NCBI RefSeq assembly: GCF_036321535.1
Contig: NC_087451.1
Location: forward strand, 15,686,001-15,750,000
Reading direction: 5' to 3'
DNA: 64,000 nucleotides
DNA from: Camelus dromedarius
Lineage: Eukaryota
This document shows, piece by piece, positions 48,471 to 61,635 of this stretch. Position numbers and translations under genes: made by a program. The notes under the pieces were generated by a model that saw only the letters and a list, made by a program, of their open reading frames with translations, did no database searches and was not told the DNA's origin. How positions within the stretch are numbered: position 1 is the first letter of the stretch; each line of letters opens with the position of its first letter.

Positions 48471-48748
48471 CTGAAAACCAAGGAAGGAGAGCATGTTCAG
48501 GAGGCCCCGCCCTGACCCCCCAGGCCTCCCGGGGCCTGTGCTAAGGCTGAAGCCCACCTGCTCCCTGGATCCCCTGGAGCCTTTGCCAAGGACAGTTAGT
48601 TTGACCATGTCGGGGTGGTCCCCAGGCCTTTGTCGGGTGTCTTGCCCCCCGCCCCCAGAATGAGGATCCCAAGTGGACAGGTTCCCTTGGGACCTGCGCT
48701 GCCTGGGACTGGGTAACTCCTCAGGGTCCTGAGGCGACAGCCACTCAC

Positions 48749-48845
48749 GCTGGCCTGGACTTTGTCTCCACCGGGCACCAGGCGAAGATCTCACAGGTGC
48801 CCTTTGGTGCACTCTCAGCCCGCAGGCAGCGGCCAGTCCTCACTC
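48749..48845 (-). CDS. P2RX5: P2X5 exon 5 (97 nt; VRTGRCLRAESAPKGTCEIFAWCPVETKSRP-A)
   Basis: cctgcag acceptor, gtgagt donor; TCEI..WCP motif. Confidence 0.96.
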
Positions 48846-48930
48846 CTGCAGGGGTGGACAAGGACGATGCCGGGAACCTCCCAGCTCCAGCCCCCTGCCG
48901 CCCCCCAGCCCTGGCCTCTCCAGGCCTCAC

Positions 48931-49006
48931 CATTTCCAGCCACAACAGGCTCCCCAGGAGGGCAGTCGCTGTCCTCCTTGCATGAGGCGTCTGGAATGCT
49001 TTCACT
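48931..49006 (-). CDS. P2RX5: P2X5 exon 4 (76 nt; SESIPDASCKEDSDCPPGEPVVAGN-G)
   Basis: ctggcag acceptor, gtgagg donor. Confidence 0.95.
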
Positions 49007-49249
49007 CTGCCAGGAGGGAGACGGCGTCTGGGTGGGGTCCCTGCAGGTCTCAGAGCCGGGTCCCACCCCAGGAGCTAGGACAGGGGTTCCTCTCTGGCCT
49101 GGGGCCACGCTCCCCTTGAGAACCTGCTTCTCCCCCAAGCAATGCAGGTACCAGCAGGTGCACACATCCCCCGGGGCCCTTGGAGGGGCAGACACCCCTG
49201 CTTCAGGCAGCCCATCCCACCCCCGCCCAGGTCTCTCCACCGATCACAC

Positions 49250-49321
49250 CTCAGCACAGGTTTCCTGCCGCTGGTTGGGGGTCACGATCAGGTTGGTGAC
49301 TACAAAGAAGACGTTCTCTCC
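49250..49321 (-). CDS. P2RX5: P2X5 exon 3 (72 nt; GENVFFVVTNLIVTPNQRQETCAE)
   Basis: ttcctcag acceptor, gtgtga donor. Confidence 0.96.
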
Positions 49322-49886
49322 CTGAGGAACCAGAGTGGGGTTGAGGAAGGGTCCCTTCTGCCCTCTGGAGACCTTTCCTCCCAGGGCTGCCTGGCAGACA
49401 GTGGGGTCTCTGCATGGGTGTTGCAGACACTGGGGCCACAAGATCAATGGATCCCACCCACGTGCCCACTGACCTCAGAGTCCCTGAGTAGGTGTCCTCT
49501 GATGGCTGTCTTCCAGGCCCGCCACCCCAAACCATTCTGACTGCAGCCCCAAGCTCAGGTCCAGGAGAAGGGGCAGCAATGGGATGGCCTGGCTGGGCCC
49601 AAGGAACCACTCCCAGGGTGATGGCCAATGTAAGAGTAGGGCTTTCTGTACCAGGCCACCCAACTCACACTGACCTGGAAGTTCTCTGGGTCACATTTGG
49701 TCTCAACAGGCTCAGGGTTTGTTGGGAACAAAGCAGCCCCCAGTCAGGGAGGGCAGGGGTCTGGGGTAGGGGGAAGGATCAGGGCAGGGTCTCTCCCTGC
49801 AGTGAGTAGAGGTCCCTGGGTCCCACAGCTGCCCACGTGACACACCCCGAGCCAGACCCTCCCGCCCGGCTGGGTGGGGCTCAGAC

Positions 49887-50037
49887 CTGCGGTGGTATGA
49901 CATAGTCTGCCACATCCCAGAGCCGCTCCCCCAGCTCTGAGGTGTTGGTAAAAGTCACGCCCTTGACTTTGGTGATGATGCTGCTCTGTAGTGACGTGTC
50001 GGTATCCTGGTAACATTTCTTCACCAGGAACACCCAG
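49887..50037 (-). CDS. P2RX5: P2X5 exon 2 (151 nt; [50 protein letters not shown])
   Basis: cctgcag acceptor, gtctga donor; TKVKG ATP-binding lysines, WDVADY motif. Confidence 0.96.
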
Positions 50038-50399
50038 CTGCAGGAAGAGGGGACAGGTGGCCATCAGCCTTGTTGCTGCCCTCAAGAAGTTCCCCCAGGC
50101 CCCCAGGGTGCAAGGGGAGCGGCTTGGGGCCCCACCTTTCCCGCCAGCTCCCAGGCCGCAGTCACAACTTCCACTGCTGCCTGAAAGCCAGACCTGCGAG
50201 CAGCAGAGGTGACCAGCAACTCCAGAGCCAGGGGCTGCTGCTTTCAAGAGCCAAGGCCCTGCAGCTGGGCAGGCCTGGGCTGAAACTTGCTCACCACACT
50301 GGCCATGTGACCTCAGGCAAGCCAGTGAGCTCTGGGGGGCAACACAGGGTTAGCTGCGCCACCTGCCAGGGGGGTGAGGATGGTCAAAGGACAAAGTGT

Positions 50400-51500
50400 A
50401 TAACCTGAAACTGTTCATGAGACTCAGACAGACCAAAACTGAGGGGCATTCTACCAAATTCTAGTGTGGAATCCTGTACCCTCTGACACCCAAAATACAA
50501 GCAACAAAAGACAAAACAGATAAGTTGGATATGATCAAAATTAAGAACGTTTTTTGTGCATCAGAGGATACTATTGAGAAAGTGAAAACCCACAGAATGG
50601 GAGAAAATATTTGTGAGTCACATAACCACTAAAGGTCCAGTACCCAGAATATATAAAGACGCCTTACAACTCAGCAATAAAAAAGACAAATAACCCAATT
50701 TAAATATGAGCCAAGGATTTGAACAGACATTTCTCCCAGAAAGATACACAAATGGCCAATAAGCACATAATAAGATGCTCAACATCTTTAGTCATTAGAA
50801 TGCAAATCAAAACCATTATGAGGTAGTACTTCACACCCAATAAGACAGCTGTAATCAGAAAAATGGAAAAAAACAAGTGGTGGTGAGGATGCAGAGAAAC
50901 TGGTGCTTGCTGATGGAAATGTGAAATAGTGCAGGTCGGTAATTGCTCAGAAAGTTACCACATGACCCCGCAATTCCACTCCTAAGTTTATATCCAAGAG
51001 AACTGAAAACATGTCCACACAAAAACTCATACACGAATGTCCTTAGCAGCATTAGTCATAACAGCCAAAAAGTAGAAGCAGTGCAAATGTCCATCCACAG
51101 ATGGACACATAATGTGGGGCATGGATACAATGGGCTATTATTACTCAGTCATTAAAGGAATGGTTTACTGACACTGGCTACAACGTGGATAAGCCTTGAA
51201 AACATTATGCTAAGTGAAAGAAGCCAGGCCAAAAAAAGGCCATATGTTGTAATGATTTGATTTACATGAAATGCCCAGAAGGGGCAAATCTATAGACAAA
51301 AAAAGTAGATTGACTTAGTGGTTGCCAAGGTTTGGGGGGAGGGGAGAACTGCCACTGACTGTTAGATACAGGTTTCTTCTGGGGGTGATGGTTGTACAAC
51401 ATTATGAAGGTACTAAAAACCACTGAAATGTATCATTTTAAATGGCTAAGTGATGAATTACATGCTATGTGCATTTTACCTCAATTTAAAAATGGTTAAA
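50400..51500 (+). mobile_element. Old LINE-1 (L1M-type) ORF2-end/3' UTR fragment in P2RX5 intron 1
   Basis: 'aaaacccacagaatgggagaaaatatttg', 'catgaccccgcaattccactcctaagtttatatccaagagaactgaaaac'. Confidence 0.8.
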
Positions 51501-53039
51501 AAAAAATCCTGTACTCTTCAAAAACGTCAGTGTCATGAGAGACAAAGACACTCAGGAATGATTCCAGATCAAATGAGCTAAAAAAAAATTGTACTACCTT
51601 TAAAACTGTTTTGTGAGTATAAACTATGTCAAAATACAAAAAGTACTTTTTAAATGAGATAGCGTGTGTAAAGTTCTTAGCACAGCGAGCACCAGGCACA
51701 TAAAGCTCAGTGACTACAACAGCTTATGACTGATGTCCCTGTTAACGTGAGACACTGTCCAGGTCAACCCCCATCGGTAAAGGTGGGAATACTAGGCTGG
51801 GAGAGGGCAGGAAGCCACCTTCCAGAGGTCATGCAGCAGTGCCCCTCCCAGGGTGTCAGTAAGCCAACCAGGATGCCTCCACCCTCATCTCTAGCGGCAG
51901 AACTGGAGTGTCCTGGGCTGTAGGCTGTCCCATCTCCAAGGATGTCTGATTGGGCTGTGACCCTTGAACCAACCAGGTGCTTTAGTAGGGACCCTCCGGG
52001 CCTGGACTGGACAGAAACATTCAGCAAATACTCGAGGGACAACATTCATTCACTTGTTCATTCATTTCACACCTATTCCCTAAGCACTGAGGTGATGCCA
52101 GGCAGGCCCTGCCTTCACGGCGCCCCCAGAGTGGCAGGGAGTCAGCACAGACATTAAGCAAGTGACCCCCCAAATAAGCATGTAATTACACTGCGGGAAT
52201 GCTGTGCGGGAGCCAGTGAGAACCAGGTGGGAAGGAGGAGTGGGCACCAACCAAGAGGAAAGGGATGCCCGGCTGAGGAACAGTATCAACGAAAGGGCCT
52301 CAGGTGGGAGGCAGCCAGGTGCCTTCGGGATGAAGCTCCGGGAATGCCCCGCCTCCAGGTGGAGCCAGGTAAGATCACAGCGGCCCCGCAAGGAGGAGTG
52401 TCTGCTGCTCCCCAGTCAGGAAGCAGGAGGGGCCCGACGGCGCATTTACTGGAGGAGTGAAAGAGATGCCTCTGCATCGCAGACATCTGGTGTCACTTCC
52501 TCTCCACCTGTCCCCTTCCTACTTGGGAGTGAGAGCTGTGAACAGTGCCTGGCTGAACCACCCCAAGGAGCTACCCCTCAGCTGATGGCTCCAGCTCCTG
52601 CTAGGGGGTGGGGGAGGCAGACAGGCGAGCTGGGAGCCAGGGAAGGGAGGTTTCCAGAACCCCCAGCCAGATACCAGAGATGCCAGCCACGAGTGGGGTG
52701 GGCTGACCAGAAGGGAGCTCTGGACGTGCTCAGGAGTTGCCCCAGCTGGGAGCTTGGCTCTGAGCTCAGTGATTATAAATAAACTACCTAGTGCCTGGGC
52801 CAGCGCCGGCCAGGGCCCAGGGAGGCTCTCGAGACAGGGGCAGCCCAGCCCCCTGCATACTTGCCCGCTTCCCGAAGCCCCAACACTGGGGGCTCTAGCT
52901 CTGGAGGAAGGTCCGGACCATGGGAAGCCTCGTAAATGGGGAAACTCAGGAGCCCCTGCCGCATCTCATCACCTCCAGAGCCAGTGCGGGGGTACAGGAC
53001 TCCCTCTTGACCCCCCCACCCTGACACCCAAGGGCACAA

Positions 53040-53680
53040 GCAGGGTCCACTCCCCGAGCAGGGTCCGCAGCCACAGGGCACCCCAGGCGCGCGCACAGGC
53101 CCATTCCGAGCCCCCCGAGGCCACGGCTGCCGCCCCTATCCCCGCCCGGGCCCAACTCCCCCCATCCCAGGAGCCCCGGAAAACTCACACCACCAGGTAG
53201 GTCAGGATGGAGAGCTGCAGCAGCCGGTAGAGCAGGCCCACCTTCTTGTTCTTGGCGATGACGTACTTCTCGGTCTTGTAGTCGAAGAGCGACTGGTAGA
53301 ACCCCTTCCAGCCCACCTGCCCCATGGCGCCGTCTCACCTGCCCGCCGGCCGCGCCGCCACACATGTGCCGCATGGGAGCCGCCCCCTCCTGCCGCCGCC
53401 GCCGCCCGGCCCGGCCCGGCCCGGCCCGGCCCCCGCTGGGGCACCGCAGCGCCCGGGTGCGCGGCTCCAGCGGGCAGGGGCCAGCAGTCGGCGAGGCTGC
53501 GGCAGCGCCGCCGTAGGCCGGGCGGGGACCTGGGACGGCGACCTTGCCGCCGCCTCCGCTGACAGTGACACCGCCGGACCGCCGCCCGGTCACTGGCCCG
53601 GGAGGGCCCTCCCGCAGCCACCCGGCCCGGGCTCCTAGATCGCTGCGCCGGAGGGGTGAGGCGAGAGGAAGGGCTCCTTT
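53040..53680. promoter_or_regulatory. P2RX5: P2RX5 CpG island / promoter and 5' UTR
   Basis: Very GC- and CpG-rich; (CCCGG)n tract at 53405-53434. Confidence 0.8.
53189..53325 (-). CDS. P2RX5: P2X5 exon 1 (137 nt; [46 protein letters not shown])
   Basis: gccATGG Kozak context; YKTEK motif; donor gt|gtgagt. Confidence 0.97.
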
Positions 53681-55949
53681 GGAAGCAGCCCCAAAGATAG
53701 CCCGGGTTCCTCCTATAGAAAAGACGGGAAACTGAGGCCGGGGGAGGGGCCTACAGCACAGGAAATGGAGGCGAAGAGCTGGTAAAGCGCATTGACAGAT
53801 AGATACAAAAAGGTTTCTTGATTTTTCTTGCTCCCTGGGAGGACCCTGGCCCTCCCCTCGCAGGCTGGGGGAGACTAGAGACCGGTGCCACCCGCGGCTC
53901 CTGCGCCTTGTGTCCGCTGGAATGAAGTGCGTGTTCCTGCTGCCGCAGCTGCGGCCGGTTTCTGCCCCACACCCGGGGAGTCAGCGGCCAAGTAGGTCCC
54001 AGTAGCCAGAACACGGAGAACTCTACCGCGCCCAGGGCGCGTGGGGTGGCGGAGATGAGACAGGCAAGCAAGGCCTGGGATCTTAAAATATGCCTGGAGA
54101 GAGGGCGGGTGCCAACTATTTGAAATGTTCCCAAAGCAAGAGGTGGACCTAATCTAAGCTGCTAAATCTGCATCCCTCACAACACGTGAAATGAAATTAG
54201 AGGCGGTGGGAGCCAAGATGAGGGCTTCTCAGAGGAGATCAGGTTTGGAACTTGGGACGACCACAGAGAGGAGGACTCCTGGGTGAGCTCCGTGTGCGTG
54301 TGCATGTGCATGTGTGCATGTGTGTGCTGGGCTGTGCACGCTCCTTTTCTGCATTTCACTCCCTGCCGTCCTGCAGAGTCGTCCTGCTCCTCTCCCAAGC
54401 CTGGCCCTCCCACACCAAGGAGAAGTTCCCTTCCCTGAACCACAGGCTCTGGGAGTCCGGAGTAGCAATGGACCCTAAAGTTCACCAGGTATGATCCTCT
54501 GTCAAAGTAAAACCCCCAGGGCAGTAGGTCTCCAGTTTGGGTGAGTGTGTGTATCATTTGGAAGAAAAATGCAGATCCCTGGGTCCTGCCCCTAATTTTT
54601 TCATTCTCTTAAGACTAGGATGGGGCCTGGGAATATGTACTTTGCTCTCAAACAGTCATTTCAGAAGCACAGATTTTTGTAACTTTTCATCAGTTTCAAC
54701 TCAAATGCCATTTGCTTTAAAAAGGCCTGTTCTTATTACCATCCACCGAAAGCAGCCTCCGCCCCATCACTTTCGATCCCATTATCTCTTCTTATTCCCT
54801 TAGAGCACCTGTCCCTCCTGGGTCTGATCTCATTTGCTTATTGACTGTGTCCCCCACAAAGACCATAAGCTCCAGGAGGGCGGGGACCTTGCCTTTGGAC
54901 ATCTCTGTGCCCCATGCTCACCGCTATGCCTGCCATATAATAGTTCAGTACATACTTGCTGAGTGAGTGACTTGGGCCTGATTTTTTAAACAGGGAGGGG
55001 ACTTCAGCTGCCACTCTGTTCCAGTCATGACTGGGGATTTTGGAAGCTGACATCATCCTGGGGGAAAGGCTTAGGATGTCACCGGACCTCCCTTCCTCAC
55101 TCTCCCGCCAGCTCTTCCCTCACACAGCTCTCCAGCACAGAGACACAGCCTCAGTGGAGTGGCATCACAGTCACAAAGAGCCCACAGAAGAAGGTGGCTT
55201 TTCGGGGTCTCACAGTCCAGCCTGGAGAAGAGGTCCAGGCTGGAAAGCATCACCCCCACAGGACTCGCCACCCTTGCACAAGCGGCACGTGGGATGGTGC
55301 CACGCTGGGCCTCTCCACTCCCCAGAGGGAGTGTGGCCAGGCCTGTTTGTTCTGCGGGGGGATCCCCCAGAGACCAGGGCTTTGGTTTTGCAGGTGTTGC
55401 ATCTGAGGCCCCAGGTCACAGCCTACAAACCAGAGCACGCTCCCCTGCTCTGGTTTCTCATGCCTTTACTGAGCATCCGCCCTTTGCTGCTGGAGAGGCT
55501 GAAACGCTTGTCGTCACCACTGCCCCTCAGGCTTCAGAGGAGGGGCCCTGCTCTTATTTGCCCTCCAGTGTGGGCAGCTCCTCCTGAAGCCCTCACGGCC
55601 CAGCCCAGACCAGGCTGCAGTTTCTGACAGAACTCCCCTGAAGCTTTAGAGACCACGTGAGGGACAATCCCAAGGGGAAAGAGTGGCTCTCAGGGCCAGG
55701 GCCAGACCCCTCCCTGTGGGCTCCCTCACAGCTTCTTAGGTGAGATCTGGACCCATCAGTGGGTCATAACATCAATTTACTGGGTTTCCAACCAGCAAAA
55801 AGCAAATATCAGAGTGTGTTTAAGGAAGCAAAGGTAGAAGTTTTGTGACACTTTGTTTAAAGTATGAGTGTGTGCACATGACACTGTGACATGTAATATT
55901 TTCCCATGGGTCGTGGTCCAAACCACATGAGAAATAGTCTTTTTTTTTT

Positions 55950-56400
55950 TTTGGTCTAGTTTTTTAATACACTTTATTCTTTTAGAGCAGTTTCATGTTC
56001 ACAACAGAATTGAGCAGAAAAAGAGTTCGCACATAGCCCTCCCCACCCACACATATATACTCCCCTACCCTCAACATTCCTCATCAATGTGGCATATTTG
56101 GTACAATCAATGAACCCACATGGGCACATTATTATCAACCAAAGTCCATAGTTTACATTAGGGTTCACTCTTGATGTTGTACATTCTATGGGCTTTAACA
56201 AATGCATAATGACATGTAGCCACCACTATAGCATCATACAGAATAATTTCATTGCCCTAAAAATCCCCTGTGCTCCATCTATTCATCCCTACCCCCCTCC
56301 CTCCCTCCCCCCAGACCCCTGGAAACCACGATCTTTTTATTGTTCCTGTAGCTTTGCCTTTTCCAGAATGTCATTTGGTTGGAATCGTACAGTTTGTAGC
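55950..56400 (-). mobile_element. LINE-1 3' end (L1MA-type) with poly(T) on +
   Basis: 'ttttagagcagtttcatgttcacaacagaattgagcagaaa...caaagtccatagtttacattagggttcactcttgatgttgtacattctatgg'. Confidence 0.75.
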
Positions 56401-59400
56401 CTTTTCAGACTGGCTCCCACAGCTGCCAGGGCCAAGAGCACCACCCTGCCATGCAGAGAACTGACTGGGTGCCTTGGACTGTCACCCCCTGCGTCAGGTG
56501 ATCAGGGGGCAAATGGCTCATCCTCAGAGTAGTCAAAGCCCCTTCCATCTCCTCCCCAGAAGGAGTCCACATCATGCTTCACACTAGTGAGTGCTGTCCA
56601 CCTGCAGGAAAGGGCAGCAAAGGGGCTGACCAATCTCACCTGGTGCACAGGACTGTCTAGTTGGATGATTTAAGGCAGCTGCAGTGAGGTGATGGGGAAT
56701 TATAACATGAACTTAAAACATTTTTTTCACAATTAAAGGAAGGAAACTAGAAATAAATAAAACACAAGTCCCATAAAATGCTGTGGTTCTTGGAGCAGAG
56801 GTTACTTATACCTAATGAACGAGGTTCTACTCCCCACCCCAGAGGAGAGGTGGGCTCAGGCAGCACCTGAGACAGGAGACTGAATCTGTCCTAGGGCGCA
56901 AAAGGAAGTCATCACAAGACAAGGAGAGTCCTCCTTCAGACTCCTAAGTACCGTGCATGGCCCAGAAAGGACAAGAGTGGGAAAGGCGTGCCACAGAAAG
57001 GGTTTCACAGAGCAGTTCATCCTTTAATTTTCCTCTTGCTTCGAGGAGTCCTGCTATGATAAACACATTCCATTAATAGACATTACTGGTCCATTTAAGA
57101 AATAGCAGATGCATTATTAATGTTGCTCCAATACAGTCAACAGGAAGAAGGAAGCCCGTCTCTGTGGGGAGCATTTCCGAGTCCATCAGCATCTCTGTGA
57201 CCCACAGTAATTGATGGGTGGTTACTTGTTACTCGTGAGTGTGACCAGGGGAAAAACTCCACTGAGATATCACTTCAGAAGAGTAAACTGTCCCATTAAA
57301 AAAAAAAAAGTAAACTATCAAACGCTGGTCCCATGGGCACTGAGAAGGACAAAGATTCAAACTCCAGTCAACCAAGCCCACAGAGCAGCGCCAGCTCCAA
57401 CAGGGAACGTGGAAGGGAAAGCTCGTCTCGTTCCTGCTCCTGCTCCCTGCACGGGTTTCCTTCCCCACGGGCTCCACGCCCTGGCTCTCATCCATCCCCG
57501 AGTTCACAGGACCATGGCAGTGATGAAATGAGAGCAAGTGGGACATCCTTGTAAGAAACATGAGTGGCTGGGGCTCCCCCGGCTCCTTGTACTCAATCCT
57601 TCTAGATTCTTATTCTTTACTGCAGTCACTGTCCCCGCCTGCCTTTCTGGCCTCACAGTCCCCATGACGCACACCGGCCTCAGGGGAATGGGCTGACACC
57701 CGTGATCATACCCTGCACTTTTCAACCCCCATGCCTTTGCTCAGGCCAGACTCTCCTCGGTACTTCCTGTCTTCAAGGCTCAGCTCACAGGGGTCTGTCT
57801 CCTTCATGGAGGCCTCCTGGGTCCCTCTCCTTCTCTAAATTCCCAAAGAACAGGATCTGCACGTTTCAGGGAGTTACAGCAGGGCACCTCGCTCCTAGGT
57901 CATACAGGGCTGAGAGGGCAGAAATGACTTTACCACTCGGCACCACGGGCTGATGTGAGGTAGGTGGTCACCCATGGGAGGGCTGGGGGGACAAGGAGGA
58001 GGGAGGGAAGGTTGATTCCTGGTCACCCTGCCTCTACCCACATTTGAAGTGTCAAGAGAAGAGTGACTAAGCCTTTATTTTTGAGTGTATATTTCTAGAA
58101 GATTTCAACAGAGATAATTCTACCAGAGCATTATGTTAAATTTGTCTCTGGAAGTACCTTCTGAGTCATGAAGACTCCGAGACCGTGCTGAGGGCCGCCC
58201 CTTGACTAAGTGTCATCAGATGAACAAGCCCTGCTCTCATACCTAGCTTCTCACAGGGTGTGGCTCTTGCACCAAAACATCACCTGGTGCTTTCCCAAAA
58301 AGCAGATTCCCAGGCCCAAGCCGGGCTCGAGCGTCAGTGCCTTTAGCAGGTGGGGCTGGCAACCCACCGAGGAGCTGAGCTCCACCCGTGCCTCCTCCGC
58401 CAGCGACGAAGTCTGTCAGCCTCCCCCCGGCCCGGGCTGCCACTCACCCCCGCCCTGCCCACTCACTAATGAAGCTTCTGTGGGAAAACATGAGACCTGG
58501 AGATTCTACCTTAAACTAGCGGCCTGCGGCCTCAGGCAACTTGTTTCCTCCTCGAAAGCAGCTAATGCCGCCCAGGCTGATCTTAAGACTAGGTGTAAAG
58601 GTATAAAGCCTCGGGGAGGACACGTGCTTTTATTAAATGGCCCAGGGTATATAGAATAGGTCTGGGAAGCTGGATGGAAAAAATGCTACATATTTATTTT
58701 TACTACACTTCATCTGAAATTTAACATTTCCTGCAATTATGAATGTAGGCAACAAACCATAGGAGTATTAGCAGTACCTGCATCTTAACGCCAACAGAAA
58801 TTACAGATACTTTCCCATCACATTACAGCTATCACAGATACCTCAAAATGCATGTTAAGTTCGTCACTACTTTGAAAGAAGCAGTTATTACACCTGCTGC
58901 TTTCATGCGTTAATAAAACAGCACATGTATCTCTAGATCATAAAATTTTTCTAATATTCTGATCATGTGTTTCAATATAATTGGTTCTTCATAAACTTAT
59001 ATATATTTAAAAACAAGCTGATGGATGGAAAGATGAAAATATACATGATCAAGCAAGCAGAGTAAAATGTTAATGGAAGAAGCCAGGTGTTCACTGTGAA
59101 ATTCAATTTTTCTTATGCTTGAACATTTTCACAATACAATGTTGGGAAATAATCTGAGAAAGGGTCCCTGGACTTCACCAGACTGCCAAAGAACCGAGAC
59201 ACACACAAAAGTTAGAAGCCTCTGACCTAGAGGTACTAGTGCCCTTCACTAGCAAATCCACTGGTGAGTTCTTCGTCCAGGAGGCAAAGGACCCAAGTCC
59301 CAGTGTAGAAACCCAGGAGTTAGGCTGGTCGCCTTTTCCTAGACTAGGAAATCTAAAAGGTCTGCAGAACTGAAGTGGGCCAGTGTGTCTTCTCCCATTC

Positions 59401-61459
59401 CAGCAGTCCAACCTCAGTCTCAGACCTCACCACTCTAAAGACAGGAAAGATTAACCCACAGTAGGACACTAGTCAAACCCAGGAATCCAAGGCCAAGAGC
59501 TTGAAAACCGCCAACACCCTGATCAGGGCTGGCCCAGGCCCCCTTGCCAGGCCCTGGAGAGACGAGGCATCGCTAGAAGGAAGACGTCACACCTGTAACC
59601 CCCTGACTGCTCTGCCCCGGGACCGAGGCTGGCTATAGGGTCCTAGGAGAATCCTGGCCTCACGTGGGGGGTGGGGGGAAGCTGAGCCTCCAGCTGGCTC
59701 CCCCGGAGGCTGGCACTGTGGTCTTGTTTTCTTTGTGATACTCAGGAAGAGTTCCTCTTTGAGAGAGACCACCAGCAGCAATGAGGACGGCTGCTAAACA
59801 CCCATCAGCAACTCTGCACGACCCAGTCCCCCTATTCTGGAGCACACACTGCTCCCTAATTCTTTCTAAGTCAAATCACCCTTACTTGCCCTGAGACTCC
59901 TAAGTTCAGAGGGAAAAAACGCACCTCTTCTATCCCAGAAGATAGTGCAGTTCAGACAGGGCTAAAGAGAAAACACCGGGGCTACCTTTTAACCAGACAA
60001 GAAAGAAAAAGTAAAGCATAGAGGGAAAAAAAAATCTCATCTCGTGGGAAAATACACAGTCTTGCTAACAATCAAAAAGAAGTAATCTATCAGGGGGAGG
60101 TTAGGGCTACCAACCCCGCGTTTAGAAGCAGTGTTTTGTCTCTGACACCGGCTCCCTGAAAATGATCACAAATGGGAGAATATATGATCCTATTTATGTA
60201 AAACACACACACACACGAACAAAACCCCAAAACCTATGTACTTGTCTGTGTACCTATGTGAATATTTACCAAAGCACACAATATGGCCTGGAAGGATATG
60301 TGCTAAACCAGGACGCGTCAGCTTCTAAAGGGGGACAAGGCTGTGACTGAGGCAAGTTTTCACTCTTTCCTCTGATTTTACCATGAATGCATCTATGTGT
60401 TACATATGTATTTTTCAAAGTGTCCTTGCACTAAGCAAAACAAAATCAACTGCAGTTGAGAATTGTGTTTAGGTGCCTCCAGCTACCTCCTGAATTCTGA
60501 TATTTGAACAACTGCTCCTCCTGGAGTGATGCAGATTCCCTCGATCCCATTCACTAGATCTGTCCTTAGTTATGGTCAAATTCTGGCACAATTACAAGGT
60601 TATAATTGTGGCTAGGAGACCCCAAAATACCTGAAGCCTGATCTTAAGCAAATATCCCTCCTTGTAAAGGCATGAGAGACGGTGTGCCTGGAAAAATACA
60701 CTAGTGCAGATAATTTTAGACCGCCAGGCTCGGCTGAATGGAATGCCCCTTTCTCAAAATCTAATCAGGCCTAAACAGTTTGACCAATGTAGATCTTCCC
60801 ATCTGCTTATTTCACCCCTCAACAGTCCAGTTCACAGTTCAGATGTTACCGAGAGAGAAAAAGTTTATCTGAATCAGCTCTCACCAGCCTGTAACAAGGG
60901 AAATGAGAACAGAGAAACCACAAGGGGCACTTTTCCCCACGCTCGTGTCCAGCTGGCCCCATCTTAGTCCCTTCCTGGCCAGGACGGCGGCCCTGTGACG
61001 TGACCCACTGTCCTGTGATCTACGCAAGCTTTGGCACTTACTGCTCCCAGGCAGAGGAGGGTGCAGAGGAAATGGGAAAGGCCTGGCACCAGAGAGGCAT
61101 CTTTTAGAAGACAGACGAGGCTTTGGCTCAAGCCACAGCACACGGATTTGCACAATCTAACCGTGTCTCCATTTAAGTCTCTTCCTCCTCACAGACTGGC
61201 CCTTTATGAAGTCTCCTGACTACAGCGGCACTGGTCTAACACCAGTCAGATCACATCAGCTCAGTCAGTCAGTAGCTCCTAGATGGTCAATGGAAGGCTT
61301 CATCGTTACAATGGGAGTGGGGTCTTACTGGCAATAAAAAGAAGTATAAAAGCAGGGGTTGCAAGTCCCCTATAATAATGAAAACTTGGACACACCTCCT
61401 GAGCCCAGCAACAGGGAAACATCTGAGCAAACTCATCTCTTTCTTTCCCTTCAAAGCGT

Positions 61460-61635
61460 AACTCAGAGATACTGCAGGTTCAGTTCCAGAGCATCGCAAT
61501 GAAGCAAGCATCACAATACAGCGAGTCCCACGAACGTTCTGATTACCCAGCGCACGGAGAAGTTACGCTCACACTGTAGTCTGGTCATGAGCAGCAGCAC
61601 TGTCTAAAACAACAGTGTACAGACCTTAATTAAAC
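61460..61635 (+). mobile_element. Tigger2-like TcMar DNA transposon end
   Basis: 'cagagatactgcaggttcagttccagagcatcgcaatgaagcaagcatcacaatacagcgagtccc' resembles the Tigger2/MER28 terminus. Confidence 0.6.
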
